Assembly (NCBI GenBank): GCA_964016885.1
Contig: CAXHJY010001485.1
Coordinates: 27,805-91,804 of the forward strand
Direction of reading: 5' to 3'
Origin: Eledone cirrhosa
Lineage: Eukaryota
DNA: 64,000 nucleotides
The position numbers were made by a program, and so were the translations under genes. The notes beneath the pieces are model-generated. The model was not told the origin of the DNA. It saw nothing but the letters and a program-made list of their open reading frames with translations, and made no database searches. Of this stretch, positions 14,064-31,495 are shown piece after piece (positions within the stretch are counted from its first letter, which is position 1; every line of letters starts with the position of its first letter).

Positions 14064-14314
14064 GAAAACACAGGTAAGCATTAAGAGAAGGATTTTATCC
14101 AGGTATTTACGACCGTTTCATTGGTAAGTGCAACCTTATATTGCTATACTGCAAATAGCAGCCACTCAATTATAATTGTTGTTCACAGTTCAAATTTTCA
14201 AAATAGTGAGTTACCTCTAACTTGTGGAGTTACATCTAACCGTACGTTGAAACCATCCATGAAACTGGCTTTCTTAACCACGAACTGGATCACAAAAAGC
14301 AATTTTCTGCTTCC

Positions 14315-14394
<80 letters not shown>

Positions 14395-14525
14395 GTGAGG
14401 TTTTTTTACAAAATGAAAAATAACCGAGGTGTCCTACACGAGTGAAAGTATAAAGAAAAAAAAGATGAAATCGAAAATGCAACTGGAGTCTTATTTTTAA
14501 AAATATATATATATTTATTTGGTTC

Positions 14526-14561
14526 CTTTACCGGTTTCGCAGTTCTTCTGCTTTTCAAAAG
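14526..14561 (-). ncRNA. Minimal hammerhead with U3-A8 core variant
   Basis: Reverse complement ctt TTGAAAA gcag aagaa ctgc GAAA ccgg TA aag; palindromic helix III ACCGGT. Confidence 0.7.
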
Positions 14562-14639
14562 TAGAGTTGAGATGGAGGGTCTGTGGTTTTTCTCACATCT
14601 TTCTCACACACACACACACATATATATAGATATATATGT

Positions 14640-14880
14640 GTGTGTAATGCTGTGCAGTATTTCTTCTGACACTCTGCAGTCTCTGAGTTCTGCCTTTCAT
14701 CCTTACGGGGTTGATAAAATAAACTACCAGTAATGCACTGGGGTAGATTTAATTGACTTTCCCCTTCGCCACAATTGCTGTCCTTTTTCTTAAATCAAAA
14801 ACCATTATTTCTAATAGATTAGTTCAAATTCCACTGAGGTCGACTTTATCTTTTATCTTTCTGTGGTCGATAAATTAAAT
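14640..14880 (+). mobile_element. Fragments of the abundant octopus-type SINE
   Basis: Shared core gagttcaaatt..gaggtcgactttgcctttcatcct..ggggtcgataaaataaagtaccagt, also seen at 15785, 16771, 19540 and 62868. Confidence 0.65.
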
Positions 14881-15313
14881 AGAACTATTATTATTGTTAT
14901 TATTGTTTGTTGTCACAAGTTCCAGTTATTGGTCTACGGCTATGGAAGGACATTAAAGGGTTAAGTCAATCCCATTCAGTCCAATACTTATTTAAGTTTC
15001 ATACTGATTTAATCGATTTCTGTTTGTCGAAGCTCTAAGTTACGCGACATAAAAGGAACGCAACATAAACAAAAACGACCTCATTCCGTTTGAAGTATTT
15101 GAACAAAAAAGCCCCCCCCCCCCCCCTCCCCATCAACCAAAAAATCAAATCCAATATCACCCTCCCCCAAAAATAAAACAAAAAAGAAACGATCAACATG
15201 CTTTTTGTGCTTTTCAGGCCATTGTAGACATAAAGACACACACAACCACCACACACGTGTGTGTGTATGTGTGGGATCGAACACACAACCTCATTGTTAT
15301 GAAGCGAATTTCT

Positions 15314-15430
15314 TACACCATCTATTGAGTGCTCTGTTGTGCCCTATCTACACCATGTATTGAGTGCTCTGTTGTGCCCTATCTACACCATGTATTGAGT
15401 GCTCTGTTGTGCCCTATCTACACTATGTTG
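15314..15430. repeat. 35-bp tandem repeat, about 3 copies
   Basis: Unit tattgagtgctctgttgtgccctatctacaccatg. Confidence 0.9.
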
Positions 15431-15784
15431 AGTCACATGTCACATGTATATGTTGCAAAAGTCGGAGTAACAGTGACTCAACAACTGGTAATAAATATTA
15501 TATTGAATTTTACGTAACCACATATCAATACTGTATATGAAAAACGATATAATGAGACCTCCCCGCCCTCTATGTAGGGTGGCGGAGGTGCGGTATTAAC
15601 ATATGGCGTTTCTTGGGCATTTTGATGCCTGGCGGAGCCCATCCCTCTCCAGGAGTACAGCTTCTTTCAGAAAAAGATAGAAAGTGAGAGAGAAGAAATG
15701 AGAAAAAGATAGAAAGTGAGAGAGAAGAAATGAGAAAAAGATAGAAAGTGAGAGAGCCGAAATGAGAGATGGAGAGGAAAAACT

Positions 15785-15895
15785 GACCCTTGACTGGTAC
15801 CTTTTTTATCGACCTCGAAAAGCAAAGTTGACTTCGGCGGAATTTGAACACCAAGATCAGAGAGCCGGAACGTTCTAACAACTCAGCTTATTCGC
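15785..15895 (-). mobile_element. Octopus-type SINE fragment
   Basis: actggtac..ttttatcgacctcgaaaagcaaagttgacttcggcggaatttgaac is the reverse complement of the SINE core. Confidence 0.6.
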
Positions 15896-15905
15896 CCCCC
15901 CCCCC

Positions 15906-15941
<36 letters not shown>

Positions 15942-15944
15942 TTT

Positions 15945-16146
15945 GGAAAAAGTATGACCCCGACGGCAGAGCTCAAGCCGTTTCGACGGCTATTTCTGGA
16001 CTACAATAGTCCAGAAATAGCCGTCGAAACGGCTTGAGCTCTGCCGTCGGGGTCATACTTTTTCATATTTCCCACTCTACTACCCTAAGTATTGAGTACT
16101 CTGGTGCGTTATGGTCCATCTGGTTCCTTACCACAATTCCTTTGTT
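15945..16146. mobile_element. Family C fold-back insert
   Basis: Palindrome of about 120 bp centred on ggactacaatagtcc; + arm cgtcGAAAcggcttgagctctgccgTCggggtc, then a ~85-nt tail into (TA)n. Confidence 0.8.
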
Positions 16147-16171
16147 ATATATATATATATATATATATATA

Positions 16172-16240
16172 GCAGAGTATAAAAGTGTTAATATAGAAGA
16201 GCTTCTACAGGACTAGAACTGTTTCATTCGTGAGAAATCA
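16172..16240 (-). mobile_element. Family B fragment
   Basis: ttctacaggactagaactgtttcattcgtgagaaatca. Confidence 0.65.
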
Positions 16241-16441
16241 ATACACACAGACGTACGTTAAAGGGGCGTTGATCACTGACTGTCGTCTTTAAGAAGATTT
16301 TAAGCCTGCAGCAAGAAGTGTGAAGAGAACACCCGGCTGACTTTAAAAATATTGGGAAATTTGGAATTGGAAATGTCTGCGTCTGAACGTCTCCAGGATT
16401 ACTTTACCTGATATCAATCACTATTATTTATGGCGATTCAC

Positions 16442-16496
<55 letters not shown>

Positions 16497-16770
16497 GTCA
16501 TTTCCGTTGGAACGTATACATTACATTTTTTTTAATTTTCTCAAAGTTTTTAAAGTTAACCGGATGTTCACTTTTCTAGCTACAGGCTTAACATTTACTA
16601 ACAACCGGCTGTAAGTGATAAGGGCCCTTCCCCCGCCACCCTGAAGGTTAAGGCACTTGCCCAGCATCCGAGAGATGCAGGGTTCGATTCCTCACAAGAC
16701 CTTCTGTCCTCTTTTGCCGTCTCCAACTTTTCAACTATTATTTAATGTGATTGACTATTATTATCATGAT

Positions 16771-16960
16771 AGGCGGTAGGGTGGATTGGCAGTATCGGTA
16801 GAGGGTCGGACGCCATGCTTTGACGCATAGAGTTACGGCCCTTGCCATTCTGAGTTCAAATCCCACCGAGGTTAACTTTGCTTTTCATCCTTAAAATAAA
16901 GTACCAGTAATACACTGGGATAATTGCTGACCTTATGCCAAAAGTAGAAACAATTATCAT
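16771..16960 (+). mobile_element. Octopus-type tRNA-derived SINE
   Basis: ggcggt..tggcagtatcggtag head; ctgagttcaaatcccaccgaggttaactttgcttttcatcc core. Confidence 0.65.
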
Positions 16961-18482
16961 TAGAGTCTTTACAGTTGGGATGTATACAATATATATACAT
17001 ACATATATATGTGTATGTGTCATGCCCAATTTATTCATCCTCTAAGAAAAAAACATGTGTGTGTGTTTGCGAGAATGTGTGTGTGTGTATGTGCGAGAAT
17101 GTGTGTGTGTACACAAACAGACACAGATATGTAGATTGATATAAAACAAATTCTATATATGTATGAGAGAGAGAGTGTGTATGAAAGGAATATTGACATG
17201 CTAACAGGAAAAGGAAAACTGATTGTGAGGCAGGTTGCCAGATAGAGAGGCTGAGAGTAACGTGCAGAGAAATAGATTTAGATATGTGAGAATATAACCT
17301 TTCAATTCCGAACATAATTAAAACTTCATATTAATGAGGATAGTAAAGCAAGAATTTTCAATTAATTAAAATGACACTTTCACTGACGAGAACAATCACT
17401 ATCTAAATGACTAATTCTGGTTAAAAGAGACAAGGGAGATAACAGCGATATTTTAATTAAATTTCTTGCCTTGCTCCTGCATCCACCAACAGCTAGCAGC
17501 TCACAGCTAGTAGGATAATATCGTGTTGAAAAACAATCCAGCTGTTGGCAGAGTCACAAGACACAAACAAACGTCGATTAACAAACATAATTTGGGAAAC
17601 ATAACCCCCCTGGTATTTGTCAGTATCATGAAAGCAGGAATATTTAGAAATAGCTTTAACCTCGTTAGTATAGGGAAACACTATGCTAACCTCATTGCCA
17701 TATGATAACCGTGTGGGAATGCTAAATTTCACTTCCACGTGCAACGGGGTTCTTTCCAAGCTTGTCTTTATCTCTGTATCTCGTAGCATTAACTAGATGA
17801 TGAGAGACAGTATATAATACGCCCCGAAACACGATGCCAGTCTACTGTTGGCAAATATGCCCAGAAATGATACCTGTTGCTTCTGACGGTTGAACGGAGA
17901 GATATTAAAATGATGTGTACTTTCGTCTTTTCCCACTATATCATATCATACCGGTTGGTGAAGACTTTACACAAACGCCAGATGTACCAGGTATTGAACT
18001 TGAATCTCCAGCATTAAGATCGTGTTTTAAGTGTTTTAGTCATGTCAACTCAGATTTAAAGCAAAATGGATATATTAATGTAAAAACTACGATGGTTGTG
18101 TAGTGAAAGTTTGTTGTAGTGTGGTGGAGTACAGTGGTGTCGTAATACAGTGGCCGAAAGTTATATGTGCCACCGGTGCTTTGAGAAAGTAACACCAAAT
18201 ATCAGCCCGGAGCATATCAATGTAAACAACAGAAGTAATATTTAATTTCCTCTTTATGTTTTTCTGTTTAACATCTAGCTGTCTGAGGAGGTCATAACTG
18301 TTACATAATGGCTACCACCGAACGATGAATAAATGAAGTGAATTATAACCTGTTGAATTGAACTCTATGATATATACTCCGAAGTAAACAGACCAACTTC
18401 TGTACTTCGTCGAGTGCTCTTCCTTGTATATAAAAGTGTCGGTGATAAACTAACACATACTTTAATTAATAATTATATATAT

Positions 18483-18516
<34 letters not shown>

Positions 18517-19539
18517 ATATTATATATATATATATTATATATATATATAAACATTTTATATAATAAAAGGTGAATATTCGGCCTACAGTGCAGAAAACTA
18601 CATGACTCAATATTTTGTATTGAGTGCTATAAAATGTAATAAAGTGGTCACTAACTTACCCCTTCTATATTACTATATAGATTTAGTTTATATCAATGAG
18701 TGTTAGTTACATAGAAGTGTCACTTGTGACGAGCAATCTGCTGATACATTTATTGATATACTTGTAAAATAAAACGAATTGTCTCACTGTCATCAGATGG
18801 TGTTTGCATCCTGTAAAAGATATTATCAGTATATGGTTGACAACAACTTCATTATGACATACTACATCCTGATATAATCCTGATATTCTCATGATATTAT
18901 CGGATAATATCATGCTTAATCGGTTGAGTGTCGGACAACATGCTTTTCGGCATATAGTTCAGGCCTTTATGGAGTTTCATCGATTTAATTGACTCCCCAA
19001 ATTGCAGGACTATAAATTAGAAACCATTACATTAAGCCTGCTAACTGGTAAAGTCGTTTGGTCCGGATCTTTGTGTTCAAATCTCGCTGATGGAAAGTCC
19101 AATGGAAATTTATAGACATATATATATATATACTATTTTACCCACACGAAGTTGTCTTCCTCATTGATTAACGTACGTGTGTAATCTAACCAGTTGGATT
19201 TGAATTTTAATAATACGAACTTAATTGGTGAGTGGTTGGGGAAACGACCGAAGCTGTGTCCATTCTGACAAGCTTCATCTCTTAATTATATATATATATA
19301 TGTGTGTGCGTGTGTGTTTATATGTACATACAAACATGTAAATTTGTGTAGTTTAAATACGAAAAAGGTTCCTTTTTTTTTCAAGAAGACAACTTAAGAG
19401 ACTAATGTATATATACAAATTTATGAAAAAATAGTATTTTTAACGACGTATATATTTCAAACAATATAAAGAAATAAAAAACACTACATTAATATTGATT
19501 TTTAATTAAGGCATGTAAATGATTACATCAACGCCAGTA

Positions 19540-19640
19540 TATGACTGGTACTTTATTTTATCAACCCCGAGAATGATAGAAGGCAAAGTTAACCTGGGTG
19601 GGATTTGAACTCAGACTGTAAAGCCAGATCAAATACTGCA
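19540..19640 (-). mobile_element. Octopus-type SINE fragment
   Basis: actggtactttattttatcaacccc..aggcaaagttaacctgggtgggatttgaactcag. Confidence 0.65.
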
Positions 19641-19832
19641 ATGACATTATATTTGAGAAGACACAACTATTTCGTTCCTGTTTAATCTTATTCTTCATAT
19701 TTTCTTAGTAACCCCTTTATTTTGGAAGAATAACCAACATAATTCTATTTGTGTTCTCTGAATGGAATTGCGACGAATATAGAGTTTAAAATACTACACA
19801 TTCTTTGACCAGTCTAACGTTGTGTTGTTGTT

Positions 19833-19878
<46 letters not shown>

Positions 19879-19884
19879 CACACA

Positions 19885-19933
<49 letters not shown>

Positions 19934-20299
19934 ATTTATTGAACAAGTTGTAAACAGCGAGATCGAAATCACTGGATATCGATCTAAACTCTTATTATAT
20001 ATAACACTGTGTTAACCTGCAGGAAATACAATATATATAAAGCTATACATGTTGGTTGTTACTCCATGTGTTTGAGGGTATACAGCTGTATTGCCACATG
20101 TTGGTTGTTACTCCATGTGTTTATCTGTGAGACTGATGCTTCATGAAATGGCACAGAATTGCAGTAAGAAGTTGGAATGTCAGTAAAATGAAGAATCATG
20201 TAAATCAACGTGAATTTGTTGCGAATATAAGGAGCAAGTGAAACACGTGACCCAACATTGTACCAGGCGTTGCTCACTGGGAGCAGCTGCATGATGCAA

Positions 20300-21060
20300 T
20301 CTACAAAACAGTGTATCGATCAGTTCCCTATTGCAAGTATGCCGACTGGTTTGATGAACATGACGTGAAGATACAACAGCTGTTATCTAAAAAACGAAAG
20401 CACCGTCAAACCGTTCCAAATGGATGAAATACACGCCAAGTTACTAGCTTAAACAAACATGTAAATACTTTGCTACAGAAGGAACTATGGCCGCTGAATG
20501 TGCGATGGTAGAGCCAGAAAAAAGAAGAAATTGTGGACCTTGCTGATTGTAACAATGTGAAGGCCTTCTCTGCCAGTTTGAGAGAGTATATGGTCCTTAG
20601 AAAAGTGGTAATGTAGAGTAAGAACGACACACACCTCTAGATAAAGACAACACTGGTAAGAACATTTTAATGAACTACTATGCCAGCACTTAACATGTTC
20701 TCAAGAGGTTGTAAAATGTATTGAACAGCTTTCGGAGAATATCTGTTTGTAGGACCTGGAAGAAGCCATTCACGCGACAAAATTCGAAAAGCAGCATGGT
20801 GTTGAAAGAATCCCCACGAACGGCTATAAGTGGGTTGGGAGTCATTCTTCAAAGAATATTGGTAACAGTCCAAAGATTCATAGACAGTCGCCATTTACAA
20901 GCAAAGGGCGATCGAATTTCAGTCATTAAATAATATAATTTTTACTCTAACTTTACTGAAAGCAAAGGAGACGACTCCTATCTGTTACGTTAGAGTTGTC
21001 CCTCATACAGTAATCTCCAGCATCTGTCTAGAAGACCAACACGAGAGCAGAACTGACAAA
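20300..21060 (+). pseudogene. Highly decayed RTE-clade LINE fragment
   Basis: Translatable remnants DWFDEHDVKIQQLLSKKRK (~20344) and VAIYK-KGDR (~20887), typical of the RTE region upstream of RT. Confidence 0.55.
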
Positions 21061-21164
21061 TAGGAACGGAAATCATCCTTCTTTAGATATCCTAGTTACC
21101 TCAAAACATCGACAGCATCTGAAGGATCAGGCCTGCTTTTATGGTTGGTTTGGATTTAATTTAA

Positions 21165-21400
21165 GCACTCTGGAGTGGCTTTTCCAGCGCGTCTCCCTTG
21201 CCGTCCTCCGGGAAACGCCGGGGCTGTGGGTGGGCCCCATCGCGTACCAATACATTAGTTAAATACCATTCTTTCATCGTTACAACTTATATCCACATTA
21301 ATGACGTATTATCTTTGTTGTCACTGTACATTTGTAATGTTATTTGTACAACCGCGAATAAAACAGAAATAATAAAAAAATAAATAAATAAATAAAAAAA
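21165..21400 (+). mobile_element. 3' end of a CRE-like non-LTR retrotransposon
   Basis: EWLFQRVSLAVLR/GNA resembles the C-terminal FQRLSxAxQRGNA motif, followed by AATAAA and an A-rich tail. Confidence 0.5.
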
Positions 21401-21463
21401 TGTTATGGTGTGTATTAATTAGAAGAGGATATTACGAATGAATTAATGCAAACATTGTCATAT

Positions 21464-21599
21464 ATTTGAAATGTAGTCGTCCTAACGCAAATGACGATAA
21501 TAATAGTCGTTCACTATAAATAATATTTGAGAAAATCGGGTAAAGTGCCCTTGGGGACGGGGAAAATACCTCTGCCCCTCGAACGACTACATTTCAAAT
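21464..21599. mobile_element. Short inverted-repeat element (MITE-like)
   Basis: atttgaaatgtagtcgt / acgactacatttcaaat. Confidence 0.45.
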
Positions 21600-21786
21600 T
21601 TCTGAAGTTAACCATGTATTGACACTTATATGTAATGTGTGCGGGGCTGAGACAAGGAACCACATATCAGAGGAGTATCCTGTGTGTGGGAAGAAGCAGA
21701 CTGGGTATAGAAGAAGGTACATCCTTGAAATGGTTTGTCGAATACAAGCCGAAACCGCTAGGTGTTGCAGTCGGGTTTTACCTTCC

Positions 21787-21874
<88 letters not shown>

Positions 21875-21901
21875 ATATATATAAATATATATATATATGT
21901 A

Positions 21902-21937
<36 letters not shown>

Positions 21938-21939
21938 AA

Positions 21940-22200
21940 ATATGCAAATTAGGCTGCTCAGCCGTTAATATGCATAAGGAAAGTATATACTTTCAGACGT
22001 TCAATCATCTGGCAGAAAGGTATACGATGCTGACGATAGCTAATAAGCTTGAAACTAGTACATCGTTCCTGTGTCAGTGTTGAACAAAAGGGCGACGATG
22101 GTTGCTTGAACACTGTACGGCGTAATTCGGGTTGTTTGTTTGTTTGTTTACAAACAAACAAACCGAACATTATAATAAATATTCGGTAAACCGATACGTA
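21940..22200 (+). mobile_element. Family D HHR-bearing repeat
   Basis: Near-identical inverted copy at 46590-46840. Confidence 0.75.
22024..22066 (+). ncRNA. Type I hammerhead (family D, U.U first pair)
   Basis: acgatg CTGACGA t agct aata agct t GAAA ctag TA catcgt; palindromic helix III ACTAGT; GUA site. Confidence 0.88.
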
Positions 22201-22298
22201 CATATATATATGTGTGCATGTATATATATACATACTACTGTACATCTGTATACATATATGTATGTACGTATACATACAAACTTACATTTATATATATA

Positions 22299-22428
22299 GG
22301 TAAGTTATTCCGGGTTGAATCGGAGGTAACCACAGTAAGTAAGGTACTCAACACATAACAGAGTATAAAAGTTATAATATAGATGAGATTCTACAGGACT
22401 AGAACTGTTTCATTCTTGAAAAATCATC
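22299..22428 (-). mobile_element. Family B insert fused head-to-head to a LINE fragment
   Basis: Reverse complement TGATGA tttttcaagaat GAAA cagttctagtcctg TA gaatc plus tail. Confidence 0.7.
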
Positions 22429-22978
22429 ATGAAACTTGAAGCTCCTCAAAGGGCAATCACGAAAAAGATAGATGGCATGTCAGACCTTGACTACTGGGGT
22501 CGATTAGAAAACCTGAAACTTTACTCACTCCAACGTCGCCGTGAGCGTTATATTATCTGCATGATGTGGAAAATGTTCCATCATCACTGCCCAAATGATG
22601 TTGGCATCGCCTTCAAGATACACCCAAGGCTTGGGCCCCGTGCTATCCGTCCCATTCAAAAATCTAAATCGCAACTCATAACAACAATACGGCACAATTA
22701 TTTCACCTCAATCGGCCCTGCTCTCTTCAACATCACACCAGGACACGTCAAAACAGAAACTGACCACACAAAATTCAAGAAGTCTTTGGACAAATTCCTC
22801 CAAGTAATCCCGGACAAACCACCCACACCCGGATATGTCTCCGCAAACAGTAATTCTCTTCTCGAATGGGCCATGGTGCCCAAATCCTGAATTGAAAGAC
22901 TTCGCCAGGTGGTGCTATTAAGTTAGACATGGCCTGGGCCAATACTGGCCAAAACATTTCAAAGTTATTCAAAGTTAT
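22429..22978 (+). mobile_element. 5'-truncated CR1/L2-group LINE (ORF2 C-terminus + 3' UTR)
   Basis: LEAPQRAITKKI..YWGRLENLKLYSLQRRRERY; 3' repeat tcaaagtta; siblings at 31493 and 61421. Confidence 0.8.
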
Positions 22979-23916
<938 letters not shown>

Positions 23917-24930
23917 ATCCCTAAAGTACATAAAAGCGAATCAATCAGTAAGGCATGCAAGGAAGCCACAGACATAGTCATCAATGTCCCCTCACCCAAT
24001 GATCTCAAATTAAGACCTATAATAGCAGGCCCCGCTTGCGAAACGCACCGTCTTAGCAACTTCATTGATACCCTTCTCAAACCCTTCCTCAAGCACATCA
24101 AAAGCTATATAAGGGACGACCTAGATATGCTCAATCACCTCCCTAATATGCCACTTTCTGAACAAACCCTACTAGTGATGTTCGATGTAGTCAACCTATA
24201 CTCCAACATCCCCCACAACCTAGGAATAGAAGCTATCCAATTCTGGCTGGATAATTACCACAATGAACTCCCACAACGCATCAAAAAAGAATTCGTGATA
24301 GAGGGACTCAAATTTATCTTGGAGAACAATTACTTCGTTTTCAATAACAAACCCTACAGGCAGAAATCTGGGACCGCTATGGGAACGAAAACAGCCCCTA
24401 CTTATGCCAACCTAGTCATGGGATACCTGGAAATCACCCTCTACACTAAAGTCCTAAACAAATTTGGAAACACCCTCCACTTACACATTGAAAGGAACTG
24501 GAAGCGATATCTAGATGACTGCTTCATCCTTTGGCACGAAAACATCGACAAACTTAAAGAATTTCACACCCTTATAAATGGGCTCAACACAAATATTAAC
24601 TTCACGATGGAATACAGCCATCAACAACTCCCCTTCCTCGACATCCTCATTAAGATCCATAACAAAAAAATAGAAACAGACATATACTACAAGCCCACAT
24701 ACTCCAAGCAATATCTCCCCTTCAACTCTTGCCACCCTAGACACGTTAAAATTAATATTCCCTACAACTTAGCCAAGAGAATCTGTACTATAGTCTCCAA
24801 TAAAAACATCTGCTACTTACGGCTACAAGAACTAAAGGACACACTCATAGGCAGGGACTACCCTGCATCACTAATTGACAATGGAATCCAACGTGCCCTA
24901 AAACTCAGTACCCAGGACACCCTAAAGTAA
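23917..24930 (+). pseudogene. Penelope-type reverse transcriptase (5'-truncated)
   Basis: [56 protein letters not shown]. Confidence 0.93.
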
Positions 24931-24931
24931 A

Positions 24932-25562
24932 TCAACCAAAACTAAAAGCTCTTCCATACATCTCCACACACAACCCCCTCAACAATGAGGCCTTTGACAC
25001 CATCCTCCAGAACATCCCTGTATTGAAAAAGGACCATAGAATGAACCAAATTCTACGAACACACGATATCATAAAGAGCAAAAGACAATCCAAGTCAATG
25101 AAAAACATCTTAACACATGCCAAAGTACTGCCAACCACAACAACGAAACCCACAGTAAAAAAATGCGATAGACCCAACTGTGGCATTTGCATCAACCTAA
25201 TAGAGGGTTCGGAATTCTATTTCAAAGATGGACAACGTTTTATAGTAAAACACAATTTCACATGTGCATCGGAAAATTTAATATATGTATTAACTTGTTC
25301 AGGTTGTCGAGAACAATACATAGGCCAGACCAAAAACAGCCTCCGCCAACGCATGACTGTCCATAGATCCCAAATTAAAATACGGGAATACAGGAAAATA
25401 CCACTGAGTGAACACATTGATACCTGTGCCGCCCAAAATCATCCCAACTTCAGAATCTTTCCCCTCTACAAATTTAAAGATAATGCCACCCACACCCAGC
25501 GCATCAGCAAGGAATCTTACTTCATTAACAAATACGGACCCCGTCTAAACACTTCTCCCTAA
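24932..25562 (+). pseudogene. Penelope linker + GIY-YIG endonuclease (after one frameshift)
   Basis: ALPYISTHNP.., Cys linker CDRPNCGIC, LIYVLTCSGCREQYIGQT, R.R...H, E..FI.....LN. Confidence 0.9.
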
Positions 25563-25873
25563 GACGAACCCACAACATACACACGTCAACATACATACCT
25601 ACATCAGCACACATCTCTACCCACATATAAACACAATGACACACGTAAACACACATGCTCTATGGTGCAATACAAAAAAATATATGTGCATATATATGTA
25701 TGTATATATGTATATATATATATGTAGTGAATATATGTATGTGTATATATATATAGTGAATATCATTTCACACCTTTTATTGTTAAGATTTTTGATGTTC
25801 TATTAAGAGAACCGATTTTACTGAAAAAATCGAATAATGTACACCATTTTACCAGGGGGAAAAAAATACTGGT

Positions 25874-25910
<37 letters not shown>

Positions 25911-25952
25911 CACAAACACATACACACGCGTACATCAACATACAAAGAGACT

Positions 25953-25989
<37 letters not shown>

Positions 25990-26088
25990 TTCTCCGTATA
26001 AGACAAAAGCTGAAAAATATCTTTTGACATGCTAAAATACCCCCCATTGCTTTCAGACACATTCTTACTGACCATCGAATTACTCTGC

Positions 26089-26157
<69 letters not shown>

Positions 26158-26304
26158 ATCTTAATAGCCATTTGACACACATCGCTGCTGGCCATTGTCG
26201 CAGCATCGAACACTCTAACTACTACTACTACTACACACACACACAGATACACACACACACACACACACACACACGCGCATATTTGTTGTGAAAGAGTCAT
26301 TTCT

Positions 26305-26535
26305 CAATCTTGGCGCAAAACCAATTTTTTATCCACATGACCTCTACCGACCAATCAAAATTGTTTTGACCAAGAATTTTTGCTGGAGCCACTTTTTTAA
26401 CATAAAAACAGTCTTGGCGCAAAATCTTCTTTTTACATTCACATGACCTCTACCGACCAATCAAAATTGTTTTGACCACAAGCATTTTTGCAACACAAAA
26501 ATAACGCTGGAGCCACTTTTTTAACATAAAAACAG
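26305..26535. repeat. Tandem duplication of ~105-120 bp
   Basis: tcttggcgcaaaa..catgacctctaccgaccaatcaaaattgttttgacc..gctggagccacttttttaacataaaaacag occurs twice. Confidence 0.85.
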
Positions 26536-26596
26536 GTAGAATTCCCAAAACTAATCAGATCAGAGCAAACAGCACGGACACTCTATCTCAAAATTA

Positions 26597-26633
26597 TTTT
26601 TGAAAAGCATTTAGAAATGCGCAACCGGTAAAA
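26597..26633 (+). ncRNA. Minimal U3-A8 hammerhead, GAAA mutated to GCAA
   Basis: ttt TTGAAAA gcattt ag aaatgc GcAA ccgg TA aaa; same design as 14526. Confidence 0.55.
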
Positions 26634-26754
26634 ACTTAAAAACTTAAAACCACAACTGAATACTAACCCATACAATCACTAATACTCTTTTATTCCTAAT
26701 TAAACCATTTTTCAACTGTCAACAATTTGTCAGCATTTTCTATTCCGTTTACCA

Positions 26755-30613
<3,859 letters not shown>

Positions 30614-31204
30614 TCGGAGGGCCGATTTAAGGAACGTTTCCTGAATCACCAGTCGACCTTTAGGTACCCGGACAGACGTTCACCCACGAAACTTGTGGGC
30701 CACGTATGGTCCCTCAAGGACTCAAGTATAGACTACTCCATTCAATAGAAAGCCATCACTAAGTCCAAGCCATACGCAAGGGAAATCCGTCGTGTGGACT
30801 ATGTATTGATGAATGAATAAATATTCTAAAGAGATTATGCAATAGTGATTTCCTAAACTCGAGAAATGAATTCTTCACACGTTGTCCACACGTCGCGAAA
30901 CACCTCTACAGAGCTCCGGATTGAATCTTTACAACAACATCATCATTTTCTTATCAAATAAAAACTTTTCGGACTCCCTTACACCTCTCGCACGCATTTT
31001 AGTATTGCCTGTGTGAAGTGACCGGTTTCTGTACGGTTGTCCTTCCTGTTCCGTATAACCATGTCCATTACGAGCTGAAGATCCGCTAAGGTGAAATAAT
31101 TGTTCTCGGTATGGTGAACTAACTGTTGTGTAACCACTTCTCCCTAACTCGCCCCATGGACTGAGTGCTCTAACCACTACGGATATTACCTTCCAGTGTT
31201 CTAC

Positions 31205-31210
<6 letters not shown>
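30614..31210 (+). mobile_element. 3' end of a second Penelope-like family (decayed endonuclease C-terminus + pLTR)
   Basis: [40 protein letters not shown]; HHR at 31071; tail motif at 31147. Confidence 0.8.
31071..31108 (+). ncRNA. Minimal hammerhead in Penelope pLTR (U.U first pair)
   Basis: cgag CTGAAGA t cc gctaa gg t GAAA taattg TT ctcg. Confidence 0.72.
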
Positions 31211-31276
<66 letters not shown>

Positions 31277-31404
31277 ATAATAATAAATTTGAAGACTAAA
31301 ATCCAAAGAGGGCTCGATAAGGATAAATATATATCAAATATATAAGAACCGTAGAGAAAATATTTATTAAAATAACAGATTAAAGTTAAAATCTGTTATT
31401 TTAA

Positions 31405-31492
<88 letters not shown>

Positions 31493-31495
<3 letters not shown>

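Noticed and set aside
18279-18325. CTGAGGA ggtcata..ccaccGAAc, resembling the 3044 HHR
   Set aside because: Helix III and the cleavage site are missing; counted only as a decayed relative.
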